Origin: Eremomyces bilateralis CBS 781.70
Lineage: Eukaryota
Reading direction: 5' to 3' (one strand)
DNA: 64,000 nucleotides
Assembly (NCBI GenBank): GCA_010015585.1
Contig: ML975150.1
Position numbers and translations under genes: made by a program. Shown one piece after another: positions 48,349-61,142 of this stretch. Each line of letters opens with the position of its first letter. The stretch's first letter is position 1. The notes beneath the pieces are model-generated. The model did not search any database. It was not told the DNA's origin and saw only the letters and a program-made list of their open reading frames with translations.

Positions 48349-49163
48349 ATGGGCCAGCAACAGGTCCCTTTCTGGAATGTCAACTTACCGGAAGAAGAAT
48401 GGACGGAAGGATGTCCGGAATATCTCCAGCGCTGCACAGAAAGAGAAAAAATGATCCTTGGGATGCCGGACTCTGCGCTTGAACCGCTAGGCTGGGATGC
48501 CATCAAAAAGATCGTTCGTACGGCAGCATGCATGGCCGAGTTATGATACCATCAGTAACATTGACCAGATTCCAGCCGTATAGATGACTTTCGGCGCAAA
48601 CCATCTGATCACCGGAGATACAAGCACTATATGCACGAGCTGAAAGCGAAGTACGGATCCGTTGCCGAATTCATCCGCAAGAAGCGCCTCGGATGGTCAC
48701 CCGAAGACCTCGATCCCAACCTCACGCCGTTCCGAAGGCCGGAAGACATCAAGGTTCTGTACAACGATTGGCCGTATCTCATCCACGAAAAGATTGTTCA
48801 CCTGGTGGTCTGGACGAAATTTGCTCTACCGGAGGACCCTGATACAGGGTTGCTCACAGAGAAGTCAAAAGAGGAGATTGAAGACTACATGAACTCGACA
48901 TTTACCATGGTGGACCAGTCGGAGGTAAGGTTGGATTTCGTACATGGATATACATGTGCGGATTGTAGAAGAAGGATCTGCTGACTGTCTTGGAACAGCG
49001 CATTTGGTTTCGGAATTGGCGAGCCCTGAAATCCATCAAGTCCGTGGAACACTTCCACGTCATGCTGAAGAATCCAGATCCTCGCGTCATCGCCGAAATG
49101 ACCAAAGGAGATGTGCCGATGTGCAAAAAAGTGGCTGAGCATGGCTCTGCGTCTCTTCTATAA
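48349..49163 (+). CDS. DUF3605 / Gig1-like (GlcNAc-induced protein) family; 3 exons
   Basis: PFWNVNLP..W...CPEYL, DIKVLYNDWPY, HLVVWTKF, WFRNWRALKSIKSVEHFHVML; TAA at 49161-49163. Confidence 0.88.
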
Positions 49164-49354
49164 CTTGAACTATGAACCTCGACTTGTTTTCAAACCATCG
49201 GAAAGCGGAGTCCAAGGGTTACGGCACTGGGAATCGGCTGAAGGAAAAGGGGTCAAACGACCTCGTCAGGATGCATATTTCCGGTAGCTAGATTTTGTAG
49301 CTATGGTACTCGGTGTATTAGACCTAATAGAGAGCCTCGTGCCTGTCTATCCCC

Positions 49355-50578
49355 TCACAGACTCGACTTCTCCAGTCCCTCGGTGTCTGCAATTCTAAAC
49401 ACATACTTCACCGCACTCGCCTTGCCATCCAACAAATCAGTCAAAGCGCCTTCAATGCCCGCCAGTCCACCCTTTCTGACCTCATGTGGATGTGGCTTGA
49501 ACCAGCCGTCCGCCAATCCCTTCCCAATCAACCTGAAGAACACGTATCCAAAGTCCTTCTCTTCATTATGCACCACCGCCACTTTCGTGATGCTCTGCTC
49601 CACGGTCGCGGGAATCCCCTCGAATTTCTTTCCCATCAACACTAACGTGATCTTCCCATTCGGCTCCAGTACCTGGCCGAGGTTCTGGTAGCTGCCATGC
49701 TCGCTCACCGCGTCATACGCGTACTGAAGCTTCTGGCCCTGCAGTGCGTCGCGGATGCCCTTCACGACTGCCTCGTCGCCGGACCGGTAGTCGACGACCG
49801 TGTCGCCCTTGCTGCGGTCGATGAGCGACTCGACGAATGATGCGCCGCGTCCGGCCACGCAGATCAGCGGGTGAATGTTCGACTTGAGCGCGAACTGAAG
49901 GGTGAAGGCACCAACGGCGGAGGCAGCGCCGTAGATGACCAGCGGAGTCGGAGCGGTCGCCGGGCGCCATGGAACGGGGAGTCCCAGGCGCTGGTACAGG
50001 CCGACGGCCGCGGTCATGGCAGCGAGGGGGAGAGTTGACGCTTCTGTTCGTTGGAGAGGCGCAGTTAGCAGATTGATCTCGACAGCATTCCAGCGTCCGC
50101 CTCAGCGGAAATGGAGAGGGATGGTAGCTCACCCTCAAACGTCGTCGTCTTTGGGATGTGGAACGTGGTATGCTGCCACGCAACCGCATATTCCGCGTAG
50201 CTCCCATGTGGTGACATCATCTCATGGAAAGCAGCGACGCGATCGCCAGCCTTGAACTCGGTAACATTGTCGCCAACTGCGTGCACGATGCCCGCGATGT
50301 CGTCACCTTGATTGGAAGCGTAGTCAACGAAGTTGGGCACTTTCCTGTGCGCACGAGATACGTTAGCATGATCTCTAGAAGTTCTTTATGATGCGAAGAG
50401 AAATGGGGACGAGTCCGGGGTAGTCGATGAATAAGATGAGAGAAGGAGTAACAAACCAGTCCTTCGGGTTCGAACCGCTGACAATCACCTTGATGACCAC
50501 CTGGTCTGCTCCTGGGGAGGGGAATGGAGAGTCGATGATCTGGACTTTAGGTCCCTTGGAGACGACGGCTTCCTTCAT
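49355..50578 (-). CDS. MDR-superfamily enoyl/quinone reductase-like oxidoreductase; 3 exons
   Basis: SGSNPKDW|K, GDDIAGIV..VG, GSYAEY, EASTLPLAAMTA, IYGAASAVG, YDAVSE, ASAVKYV; no catalytic Zn Cys set. Confidence 0.92.
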
Positions 50579-50993
50579 GGTTGCAGCTATGTTTCTTCTT
50601 CGATTTTAGATCAACTTGGACTTTGGAGTGAGGAATGTTGGGACAAAGTCGGTGAAAAGGCAGAACTGCTGCTGTCTTCCTTTAACAGTGTTGCCATCCT
50701 ACGATCTACGAGCCACTAGTCACAACAATGATCATACCCATCGTCTGTAGTATTTGTCCGGGTATGGGCAGCCGATGGCGGCAGAGTGCAAGCATGGAGT
50801 GATTGCATCACTCTTGCAGACCTCGGGCGTCTCCTCGATTGCGGGACACGGTTGGAAATGGTTAGAAATGGAGAGATTCGCTAACTAGCTGCAGCGAATA
50901 TAACCCCGCAATCTCCAGCATCACCGTTGTCATACTTACTAATTAATAAATAAGCATCGAAGTGCCTGCGTATGCGGTTCTATTGGTAGTGAG

Positions 50994-51039
50994 AACGTAG
51001 CTATTCCATACTTGGTAACGTAGCTATTCCATACTTGGC
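50994..51039. repeat. 23-bp tandem duplication aacgtagctattccatacttgg(t/c)
   Basis: Two adjacent copies identical over 22 nt. Confidence 0.9.
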
Positions 51040-51442
51040 AACTAGATAAGACGACCCGCAAGATATGAGCATATATCGTGATGTAGGATTCTCTATTACC
51101 GTATAAAAGTAAACTATGAGAGGAAATGAATATAGAATTTATGCGGTACCAGCGAATCGCAGAATCAGTCTAAGAAACAATGATGTAAAGGGAGAAAGGA
51201 ACAAGAAATTTAATTGAGGGAATCAAATCCTGGTGCTATCAAAACTCCTCGCTGCCATCGCACATGGCACGATCAGCGATTGCGGACATGCCAGCAACCC
51301 TCAATCCTTGAAGTCAAGCATGAAAAGCTATGTATTTCATTACAGGATCAAGGCCAATCAAGGAAAGAGAAAACGAGCCACAGAATTCTCCTGCCATGAT
51401 GCTTAAGACATATATCACTCGTCCCCAACATTCACCCCGGCT

Positions 51443-53772
51443 TTAACCCACCATCTCACTCCGTAAACCACTGGGTCCCAAATCGTCCTTCTTCTGCCTT
51501 CGTCCCAACAACGTAGCCTTGTCCAGACTCAACTCCAACGCCCCCTTGTTCCTGACCTGTTTCCGCGCTGCCGCCGCAACAGCCGCGCTATGTTGTCCGT
51601 AGCCCCTCTCATCGTGAGCAGGCTGCCTGGCTCGCTGATTACCGCCCTGGGCCGCCTGTCGCGCCTGTGCGGCGGCCGACAAAGTGGTGTTCCGCATCTT
51701 CTGCTCCATCGCTGCCACGTCTCCTGCTGCAACGCCCTTGGGCACCTTTGCAGGCAACGAACCGGGATCATGGCGTGGATCGTACGGCGCACTCTCCGGT
51801 ACCCCGAATTCGTCGTCCTCAGTCTGCTCGTCCTCGTCAAGCGCATTGAGCGCCGTCGTTGCGCCGCGGTACCCCTGGCGGAAATTTTTGCGGCGTTTAC
51901 CCTCTTCTTCCTGCCGGTGCACGGCATAGCCCACATCGAAGACTTCGCGAAGGTTGATGGCACCAGGGGAGCGGAAATCTACCCGACGACTGGTGCCGGT
52001 TGGACCATCATCCATGTAGGCAAGATTGGGGTTCGCACCCACCGCAGGAGCCGAAGCGAGCGGTTGACTGATTGGTGGGGCTTTGGCCGATGGTGGACCT
52101 TCGGATTGAGCGATCCATGGGTGCTCGAGGAAGTGCTTGATATCGTACCGCTCGTCCGGATCGACGGTAAGGAGGTGACGGACGAGGTCTTTCGCACCGG
52201 CGGAAATGTCATCCCACCAGGGACTGAGGAAGGTGTACTGACCCTTGGCAACCTTTTCGGTCAAGGTCTGGATGGATTCATCGTAGAAAGGTGGGAATCC
52301 ACAGAGCAGGGTGTATAGGACGCAGCCCAGCGCCCACATGTCAACCGACTTGGAGTACCGTTCGTCTTTGACGATTTCAGGAGCAGTATAGCCCACGGTC
52401 CCACATGGCGTCATGGTTTGGCTGTCCCAAATAACCTTGGATAAACCGAAGTCGGCGATCTTGATGACGCCGATTCCACCAGCCCCAACACCTTTGATGA
52501 ACTCGCCCTCGTCCTCTTTATCCTCCTCATCAGGATTCTTGGGTTTCGGATTCTTGGTGGGAATGAATGGCACGGGGTAGAACAGGAGATTCTCGGGTTT
52601 GATGTCACTAGCGATGACGTCATGAACAATTCCAGAAACCACCGTTAAAGTTCGATATAAGCGATGGACTTACCGGTGCACGACTCCAGCATCTTCATGT
52701 AGATACTCAAGTGCTTTTGCGACTTGAATAATGACGTGTCTTGACAAATCTTCGCTGAAGTATGTAAGACGAACGATTTGATGGAACAGCTCACCACCAG
52801 GGCTCAGCTCAAGGACGATAAAGTAGTACTGCTTCGATTCGGTAAAGTCGATCAATTTAACGATGTTCGGGTGGTTCAATTGTCGCATTATTTGGACTTC
52901 TTTCAGGATGTTTGATCTCTGTTGAATGAACATTCGTCAGCATTACGATGGAGAGTGCGGTAAAGGAAGACGAGCGATGGATACGGATCGCATAGAGAGG
53001 TTCGAAGGGACCTATTGGGGTAAGTCGCGCACCTCTACTGTCTTTGTAGCGCCTTTTATGTCGGGATGGAGTACATCCTGGCCCTAAGAATCCGCCCATG
53101 TTGGCAACTTGTCGTCGGAAAATTACGTGGGGATTGGCGGTAATGGAAGGGAATACACGACGTTGTAATAGATGGAAAAGGAACATCCGACTGAAGCACT
53201 ACCGCCTCCCGCATGACCAAACTTACCTGCGAGTTGTTCATTTCGTACTTCCGCACCACCTTGATTGCCACCTCACCCCACTGGCCCGAATCGTCCCTCG
53301 CTCGATAGACGTTGCTGAAGGCGCCGTCACCCATCTTCTCGAGCAGCGTGTACCGCTCGAGACCGGGGTAGCGTGGTAGCTTTCCGTGACTTGCCCGCTC
53401 TTCAGCAACGATCCGTTCGATGACCGCTTGGTCGACTTCACCCTTCCTGGCCTCATGCATCTTTTGATGCGTACCGGCCGCAGGGGCTACCGCCTCATTT
53501 GCATTTGGGGTCACGTCGTGATTATCGACGCCAGATATGGAGAAGCCACTTGGTGGTGATTCAGGACCGCTTGGAAGCGGTTTATGGACGGCAACGTTCG
53601 GGTCGCTGCCGCCATCATGCTGCGGTTGCCTTGGAGCACCGTACGGGTGGAATTTCTGTTGCTCGGCATGGATGGTGGAGAGGTTGGTGGTAGGGTCAGC
53701 ATGCGGTGAGTTCGAGGTTCGGGCCTGCTTGCCGTGACGGATGAAGTTCTTGAGGTTCTGTATGGTGTCCAT
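51443..53772 (-). CDS. srkA: CAMK-group MAPK-activated protein kinase, SrkA/Srk1/Rck2 type; 4 exons
   Basis: MDTIQNLKNFIRHGKQAR N-terminus, KMGDGAFSNV, VAIKVVRK, VVHR|DIKPENLL, DEGEF..GVGAGGIG insert, DFG, TPCGTVGYTAPE, tail LELSLDKATLLGRR. Confidence 0.93.
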
Positions 53773-56177
53773 GTTTTAGTGAAGTGTCGGTGCAGAGACG
53801 CAGCCAACCGGAAAGGAGACGCAGACGTTGCTGGAGGAGGCGAACAAAGAGGAATGAATGAGGAGAATCAGGTTGGGGAAGTGACGGTATTAGAAGAATT
53901 AATGATGCCAAGTTTTCGAGGAGGGACGACGAGGATAGTAAAAGAGAGTCGAGCGGGATAGAGAAGTACAAGTGTTGGATGTCAGAGGGAACGAAGCAGC
54001 GGACAAGAAATAGTAATAGTGCAGTGCAGTAGCATCAACAGAAGGGAACTTTGGGAGGCCGGTGGATGGGAAGGGGGATGAGTGATGACCGATGACGCAG
54101 TTGGCGGCGGCTGCAACAGAATGCCCTGCTCTGCTGCACAGGATATCTAGCTCCGTCGGTCTGGTTGTCGTGTCTGGGCTCTGGTGGTGCAATATAATTT
54201 CAAGCAGGACTCTTCTGCTCAAGTTCCAAGCCGATTTGTCCTCTTATTTCAGTACCGTAGTACCGTATTGACCTATCCTGTCGTTTCCAAATTGGACTCG
54301 ATTCGACGGTCTTTGTGTGCCCGTAGAGCCGGGGTACAATCAGGAAACGAGGATCACTTCTTGAGCCGTCTCCCACTCTTGGAATATTTATCCCCCTCTT
54401 AGCAGAGCAGTCTATCGAGTGTGGACGTCGAACTTGGGGCCGGTAAGTTACAGTCGTACTGCATGTGTCTTTGGAGAATGTCGAGGAGGAAGATGGGATC
54501 CTCATGTTTAGCTCTGACGTCGTTGACTCGTATTCCAGGCATCAACGAGGCATTAAGGCACCAATATCAATCTCCACAACCAAATTGCGGAAGAGCAGAG
54601 CAGAGCAGAACATCCTCAGCAAGTCACAAGGTCGCGCTGCAGCATGTAAAGGCATCCAAAACTGGAAGTACAGGTGTCTTTGTCGATGGGAAAGCAACAC
54701 GCAAGAAAACCCAACTTTCAACGCAGTGTATGGCAGATGTTCACGCTGCAAAGTACGTACTTCAAGCATATTCGATCCGCCTCTTGACCCTCCCATGTCC
54801 GTAATCCCTCGAAATTCGATCCTCGTCCTTCTCCCAGGGATCCGGGAGGCTCTGTTTTTCTCCCTGCCAAGTGCTGATATAATTCTGTTCGGCGCTAAAA
54901 ATATCTCGATGGCTGAGCCGAGCGGTCGGACAGTCCAACGTGGGGTGGGGAAGAGTCCGGGATATCAACCTTTTCCGCGTCGTTCCAGGACCCGGATCGG
55001 AAGAGTTTACGATGCAAACTGTGTCGTCGTCGCTCGCAACGATCCTGCAATTCGAAAGGACGCGGTTTTCTTCCTCGATCTAAAGCGACGCAACGCGATC
55101 TTGCTGACGAGGGATGATCCGCGGGCTGACGACACTCGCGACAAGGTAGGAACTGCTCCGGAGAGGTCTCGGCGTCCGCAAAAGGCCTCGTATGTTCGGA
55201 ATTCAAAGCGTAAATACAGTTATGTACAGGTGAGGGGTGCAATTAGAACTTAGAAAGAGATCTTCCAAGTCGAAGATCCGAACCTTCAGCCTCCAGCCGG
55301 CGATCAGGCTAAGTCAGCATCGTCAACGGAACCGTCGGGCCCGCAAATGATGACGATGCCGCAACATCAGGGTGTGCCCGGTGCCGTGGCTCAGCTGTCA
55401 AGTGTCCTTACTCCTTAGGCTATCAGATTTCAATCCCCATTTCGGTATCGGAACCGTGAACCCGGATTTATGAACTATTAGTCGTTGGATCAGCAATGAT
55501 GGTGGAAGCCTCAATCGTCAGGCTGGGAACCGGCTTGGGCTATTGACGACTAGGTTTCAGGGCCAGAAAAACAGGTCGACAATGTGACTTGGACGGAGCC
55601 ACCACGGGAGGTTTGATCTCAAGAGTCCGACCGAAAGTGCCCGGCGAACCGGCAATCCATGCTAAATCCAATGCGCACCTCCCGGTATCAAGCGGTTGAC
55701 TCCGGGGTCCTGGTCTCGTGGATCTACATCGTAAAAGTTCCCGTTGCTGTGTTCCTTAGCTTTGTTCCCCTGTACCAAACCCCCCATTCCCTGACGTCAT
55801 TCGGCATATGGTGCACCCGATGTATGCAGTACATCGGTTTCAGGGTCTGGCTCCCTGCAGGCTGCAGCGCTATGAACAACAACACGAGTTCATACGACCT
55901 CGACGGGACGATGTAAGTTCCAAGATGATAGGAATCTGGTGAACGATTGCCGTTCGTGGTATATCACGGTATGTATTACTTCGAATTAGGTACATTGAAA
56001 CAACTCCCGAAAATTACAGAGTACGATACACTCCTCGCAAACTATCCTCAAATGCCCACACTTGGCCCTGCGCTTTCAGTACTATCCCTTCTCGCCTAGC
56101 CAGCACTGTTGCGCCGATCAAACACGCAATCCTTCCCTATTCTTCGCATATCCTTCGAAGACGGTACCCTCTAGCCC

Positions 56178-58547
56178 TCATCCTGGGCGCCACCCACCAG
56201 CACGATTGCTCGTGACCTCGTCATAGATCTTGATGTCTCCTATCCACCGAGGGAACTCGGATGCTGAAGTCTCGGGTTCAACTTCTGAAGAGATGACGCC
56301 GATCTCGAGGCCTTCGAGGCTCTCTGGGGCAATTTCCGTCCCATCAGACTGTACAGTTCGTGTTAGGCAATGTCCTCTTGCAGTACCAAAGTGCCAACTA
56401 GGGAGGAAACTTGACTTACCTTCCTCAACTTCCACTGCAAATGATCCTTCAAATACCGTGTCACCACCGCCTCTTCACGCCCGGCAAGCTCCCCACTCAT
56501 GATCTTCTCCGCCAGCTTCCTCGTCAACACCACGGCCGCCGTAACGTAAACATTATCCATCTCCTCCGTCCCTAATCTCGTGATAATTGCCTGCGTGCCA
56601 ACCCAATCCGGCCCGCCCTCCGCCGAACGGGTCTCCGTATCCCTCGTGTCCGCGTCATTGCTGTCGAGATATACATCCACGAAATAGGTCTGGTCCAAAC
56701 CATTCTTCGGCGCGCGGATGGTCAAGACATAGTCCCATTGTGGCTCCTTCGATCCGCTGGTTTTGAATGTAGGAAGGTAATATGGCGCCACGCCGACGAT
56801 TCCGCCCCGATCGCCAGGCCCGCGTCTTCGGAAGCCATCATTGCTGGCAGAACGCGGGGGACCCCGGCCGTAAAGGGTGTTGACGGTGGCCTTCGCTTCC
56901 GATGCGGTCGTTTCGGGGGGAAATTGGGGGTAGAAGTAGTTGAACGTATCCGTGCTGCGGGTAGTATCGGAGGTCCAAAATTCACCGGAGGGCGAGTAAA
57001 AAGGCTTAAGGCCTGATCCGACGGTGTTAAATCGGCACAGAGAATGCGGGAGAAGAGGTCTGGGGCAAGCATACCAGTGTCTGCATCGAGAGTGTCGCCC
57101 TTGCGGAACCAGAAACTTCCTGTCCCCTGTGCCCTGGGTTCCACATAACTATCGGGATAAAGGATTTGCCAGATGGCAAAGCAGCGGTCGACCATACTTC
57201 ACCCGGCCGTGTTAGAATCATCCTTCTGCTTGGTGTCGGTTCGGACTTACACGTGGTGAAGCATGAAGAGCGGATCAAAGGCGGAATAGTCGGTGATTGA
57301 CATATGACCCGCGTTTCTTCCACCGACGGCTCCGTGAAAGTTATCGTGCAATGACTCTAAGCTGTCATAGACCGTGTCCGGTTTCCGGCTACTGCTGCCG
57401 CCAAGATGCCACTGCTCATTGCTGAAAGTGTTGAATTCGGACGATTGGGTCAGCAGGAGATATAAGCGGTCTTTCTGCCCCTGACGCATGCTGTTTAATG
57501 CTGAGTGCAACTGCTCAGTGTCACTCGTCGCGCTGGCACTGTCGGAGGTAGGATGGCGAAGCGTGGAATTCCAATTGATATACTGATAGTTCTGTCAATA
57601 CGATCAACCGAGAGAATGCGTTAAAGGCAATACATACCTTGGTATACACGAAATCCTCTTCAGAATGAAAACGGTAGGAGTACAGCGGATTGGGGATAAT
57701 CGATGTCGTCGTGGTGTTGGTCGAGTTCCACCCTATATTATCCGGTGTAATGACTGATATAGTCGGAGAAGCCACGCTGTCCGGCAAAACGTTCCCCCCA
57801 GTTCGTTGTTCCATTGCCCAATCCAGGTACGGCGCACGAAGTGATGAGGCGGCCTGCTCATATCTGTCCCTAATAGGGCCTTCGGGAAACTCTTGCGCAA
57901 CATCGATTGCAAACGCGACAAGGACTTGCTGCTCAACGTCAAATTTATCCTCCATGGAGTGCTATCATGGCCCGACTCGCCTCATATAACGCAATATACG
58001 GCCTATGCCATGTTAGGAACAGATTGGAAGAATGCGCACAATATCCCGGGTTTTCGTAGTCGCCGAGACCTTCAACGTCATTCCACGCAACTGCAGGTCG
58101 ACCGTGGATGCCTAGATATTGTCAGCCACTATGTGATACCTCAGATCATGTCCGTGCGGTCGGAGAGTATCTCAAGTCAGTGGCCTCAGAGGTAGACTTA
58201 CTCGCGATCCGAAACCACGACAGCGGATCACTCTCTGCCCTCTCCTGCATTTTCTTCAGCCCGAGTATATACATATTCCACTGATCCTTATTTTGCTCCA
58301 AATCCCGGATTTCCAATCGTGGTTGCGTATCTCCAGGGACACCTGTAACTGCGATAGTTGTCTGTCGCTTGTTATGCGGTTCCAATGACGGCCCAAAGTC
58401 CCCAACTGCATGTGCTTGCCGTGAATCGAGTGTCGGTGAGTCGAGGGGTTTGCTGAATGGGTTGCGGGGGCGGGAAGTCGGAGTAGCAGCGCATTGGCAT
58501 ACAAGCCATGAGAGAGCAGCGGTGGCGGTGAAGTTAATATGCCTCAT
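56178..58547 (-). CDS. Secreted tyrosinase (type-3 copper) with C-terminal shielding domain; about 7 exons
   Basis: Signal-peptide-like start; CuA GIHG...YCAH...FLTWHRPY; PYLDWA; NPLYSY; CuB LESLHDNFH...GHM...AFDPLFMLHH..VDR; LKPF; NYFY tyrosine motif. Confidence 0.95.
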
Positions 58548-61142
58548 CTTGTATGCCCTCCTCTTCTAGCATAGGCCCTTCACCACGGCCAAGCGGATAG
58601 AATGAGTGGATAGGGAGGCAATAACGAACGACAAGAGTAGCGATTGCGAAGAAAAGACCACCTTAAGACACGACCGAGCCTAGAGATCAGCCATTGAGGG
58701 GTGTCCGGTGGTTATCAATGCTGAGGCAAAACCGATAATCCAAGTGGACATCCGGGGACAATGGCAGTATGTGTACAGTTTATTTGTACCCGTACGGCTG
58801 GCAAGGTAATGACTGGAATTGAAGTCTTCGAGGGTGCGGAAAGTGAACGAGCTGCGGCTGTGGAAATTAGGAAGGTACAGACTAATGCGACGCCTTTTCG
58901 GAAAGAAGAAAAGCAAACGGGAAGGTGAACTTGACGGCTTAGGGAGGTGTCCAGCCGAACGACCGATTTTGAAACATTTGGACTGAAATTGTCATCAGAG
59001 ATGGGAGATCAGACAAGTGAAGACACCTGAACGAAGAGCTCGGACATGTTACGTACGATACGGTAGGTAAGTACGAACATGTTAAACTTGCGAAGAAACA
59101 GAAAACTTACTTCCGTACCTTACCGTAACTCTACGCTATCCCTGTCCGCTGGTTGCACGAATTCCATAGCTTCAATACTAATGCTTAGGACGCCAATGGA
59201 CGGGATTGCTCCTTGCAAATCATTAACGAGTTTGACGACAATGGATGCTGCTATGCGATGACACTAGATATGCCACCTTTCCTGTCTCCACAGGGACGAT
59301 CTCATTGCGTGGAGAAACTCCACCGATGCGAACCCAGCGCCTTGTGGCCTACGAATGACGTACCCCGAAGTAATTATCCGCGACAGCAATCGGCAGCCGC
59401 GCCCTTATGTGGTGCGATATTGGATGGGCGAAGCGCGCCAGTCATCGCCCGAATGTGCTGTTCAGCTCCTTTCTTCGAGCCACGAAGAATCGGCCAAGGA
59501 CCATCTGCTCTACCTGATGAATACATGGCCCTGGGTTTTAGATGGCAAGAACCAAGAACCAGCCCTGAGCCAAGAGGGAGGAAGAAAGGAGAGGGCGAAC
59601 ACATGCTGTCGATCCGGGATTCTCTACGTACATGATACCCTGGTTGGTTTTCCGTTGTCCATTTCGAAGAAACGCAAAGTAGCGCACCTGCGAATGGGAT
59701 GACAGGTCGACTTGGTGCTAGGGGGCTAAGAAACGCATATCGTTCACATGGCAGACTCCAGCGGTCAAGAGACCCAGAGACGAGGTCGTGGGTTCGATCG
59801 TGACCGGTGCGGCGACTCCGATTGATGTCTCATTCAGACTTCGGAGGCTGAATGGAGCACCCGAACTCTCAAGATATTAGGCACGGTTTATGATATCCTC
59901 TGAGACTCATCCAGTAGAAACCTCATCTACGAGGTGTGGAATAAACGGATGAAGAAAAGCGAAGGTCTGAAGGGTGGACGCGCCGTGAGTCGTGGAACGT
60001 CGTTCAAAAGAGGAACAGGGGTTCGGTAGTAAAGGGGTTGGTACTTGGTAGAGACTAGAGAGCAAGGATGCTATCTCGAGGGCTCGACTCGTGTGATTGG
60101 CCTCCTGAACCCTCTCCCCCAACAGTCAAGCGATCCGAGTATTCATAGGGCTGCCCCTATGCGCTACTTCATGCTTCACCCGTGTTCAATGTTCATCGAT
60201 GATTAAGTTTTCTGTACGAGGATCCGGACAGAACCGACGTATCGCGAATAACAGCCGCTGGGGTTCCGAGTCACCAGCATCGTTGGTTTCCTGAATGACG
60301 TCTCCGGTTCCTTATTGGTCGAATGCCGGTGCCCCTGATCGGATCAAGACAGACGCGATACAACCTCCCTGCTGTCGCGTTACCGCCGTACTACCGCATC
60401 CCGGCACTATTCGGAACGTCTCCTGTCAATCCATCTCAAAGTTGATACTAATCACTACCTGCAATAGTGGACATGAGATGGCTGACCGTCGGCGCTTTCG
60501 AGTGTCTGAAGTAGGATTTGTATACGCCGAAGGGTCGGACAATTCGCCTTAGTTATCATAGCACCCGGCCAATAGGCAACGGGATCACGGGGTTATTGAC
60601 ATGTGTTTCGTCGCCCAGATCGGCAACATGATGCACAAATTGAAACGGGACACTGGCATCGCGTGGGAGACAAGCGCAGGAGAACATGGTATGACAAGAC
60701 AAGCCTAATTGAGTAATTATGTATCTTGTCGCCATTTCTAATTCATCGTCCCCTATCTTCCCGATGGCCATCATACCTTAAACGCCATAGGTAAGTCAAG
60801 TTTGGATCGGGGCTTTCCTTCGAACGCCATCCGCGGGAAGAGGGCGCCGCTCCCATTGAAAAGGAAGACAGTACACCACAGAGAAGAGACATGTTGCATT
60901 CGCAATTCCGTCCTGTCGTGCTACCATGACATCCCAAATGATTTCCTGGCAACTCCCGATTCCGTCTGCAGACTCCGCGGACGCACACACGCTTGAACGT
61001 GCAAAGACTGTGCCATGTATATGCATTTATTGCGTGCATACAACATCGAACACCGCAGGACCTTTTCCTTTCCTAGATTAGATCTCTTGATCCCCCGAAG
61101 CGCCGAAACCCGAGCGAACCAAATGGCTCGAAATAGCCCGGC

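Noticed and set aside
50994..51039. 23-bp direct repeat as a CRISPR-like or mobile-element end
   Set aside because: Only two adjacent copies with no spacer in a eukaryotic context; simple tandem duplication.
54421..55253. 262-aa + strand ORF upstream of srkA
   Set aside because: GTG start, no recognisable domain, composition like translated non-coding DNA. Cannot be fully excluded without RNA data.
52614..55799. TGACGTCA (CRE/AtfA-type) sites at 52615 and 55792 near srkA
   Set aside because: One overlaps an intron branch region and the other is 2 kb upstream; a couple of 8-mer hits in 64 kb is near chance.
37918..58547. A melanin or secondary-metabolite cluster (TF, acyltransferase, reductase, tyrosinase)
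   Set aside because: No PKS, NRPS or terpene synthase, and the genes are spread over 20 kb with unrelated genes (srkA, Gig1-like) between them.
59748..59812. tRNA-like words (cagcggtcaag ... gaggtcgtgggttcgatc)
   Set aside because: The T-stem does not pair (gtggg versus gtgac) and I could not build a cloverleaf. tRNAscan-SE would settle it.
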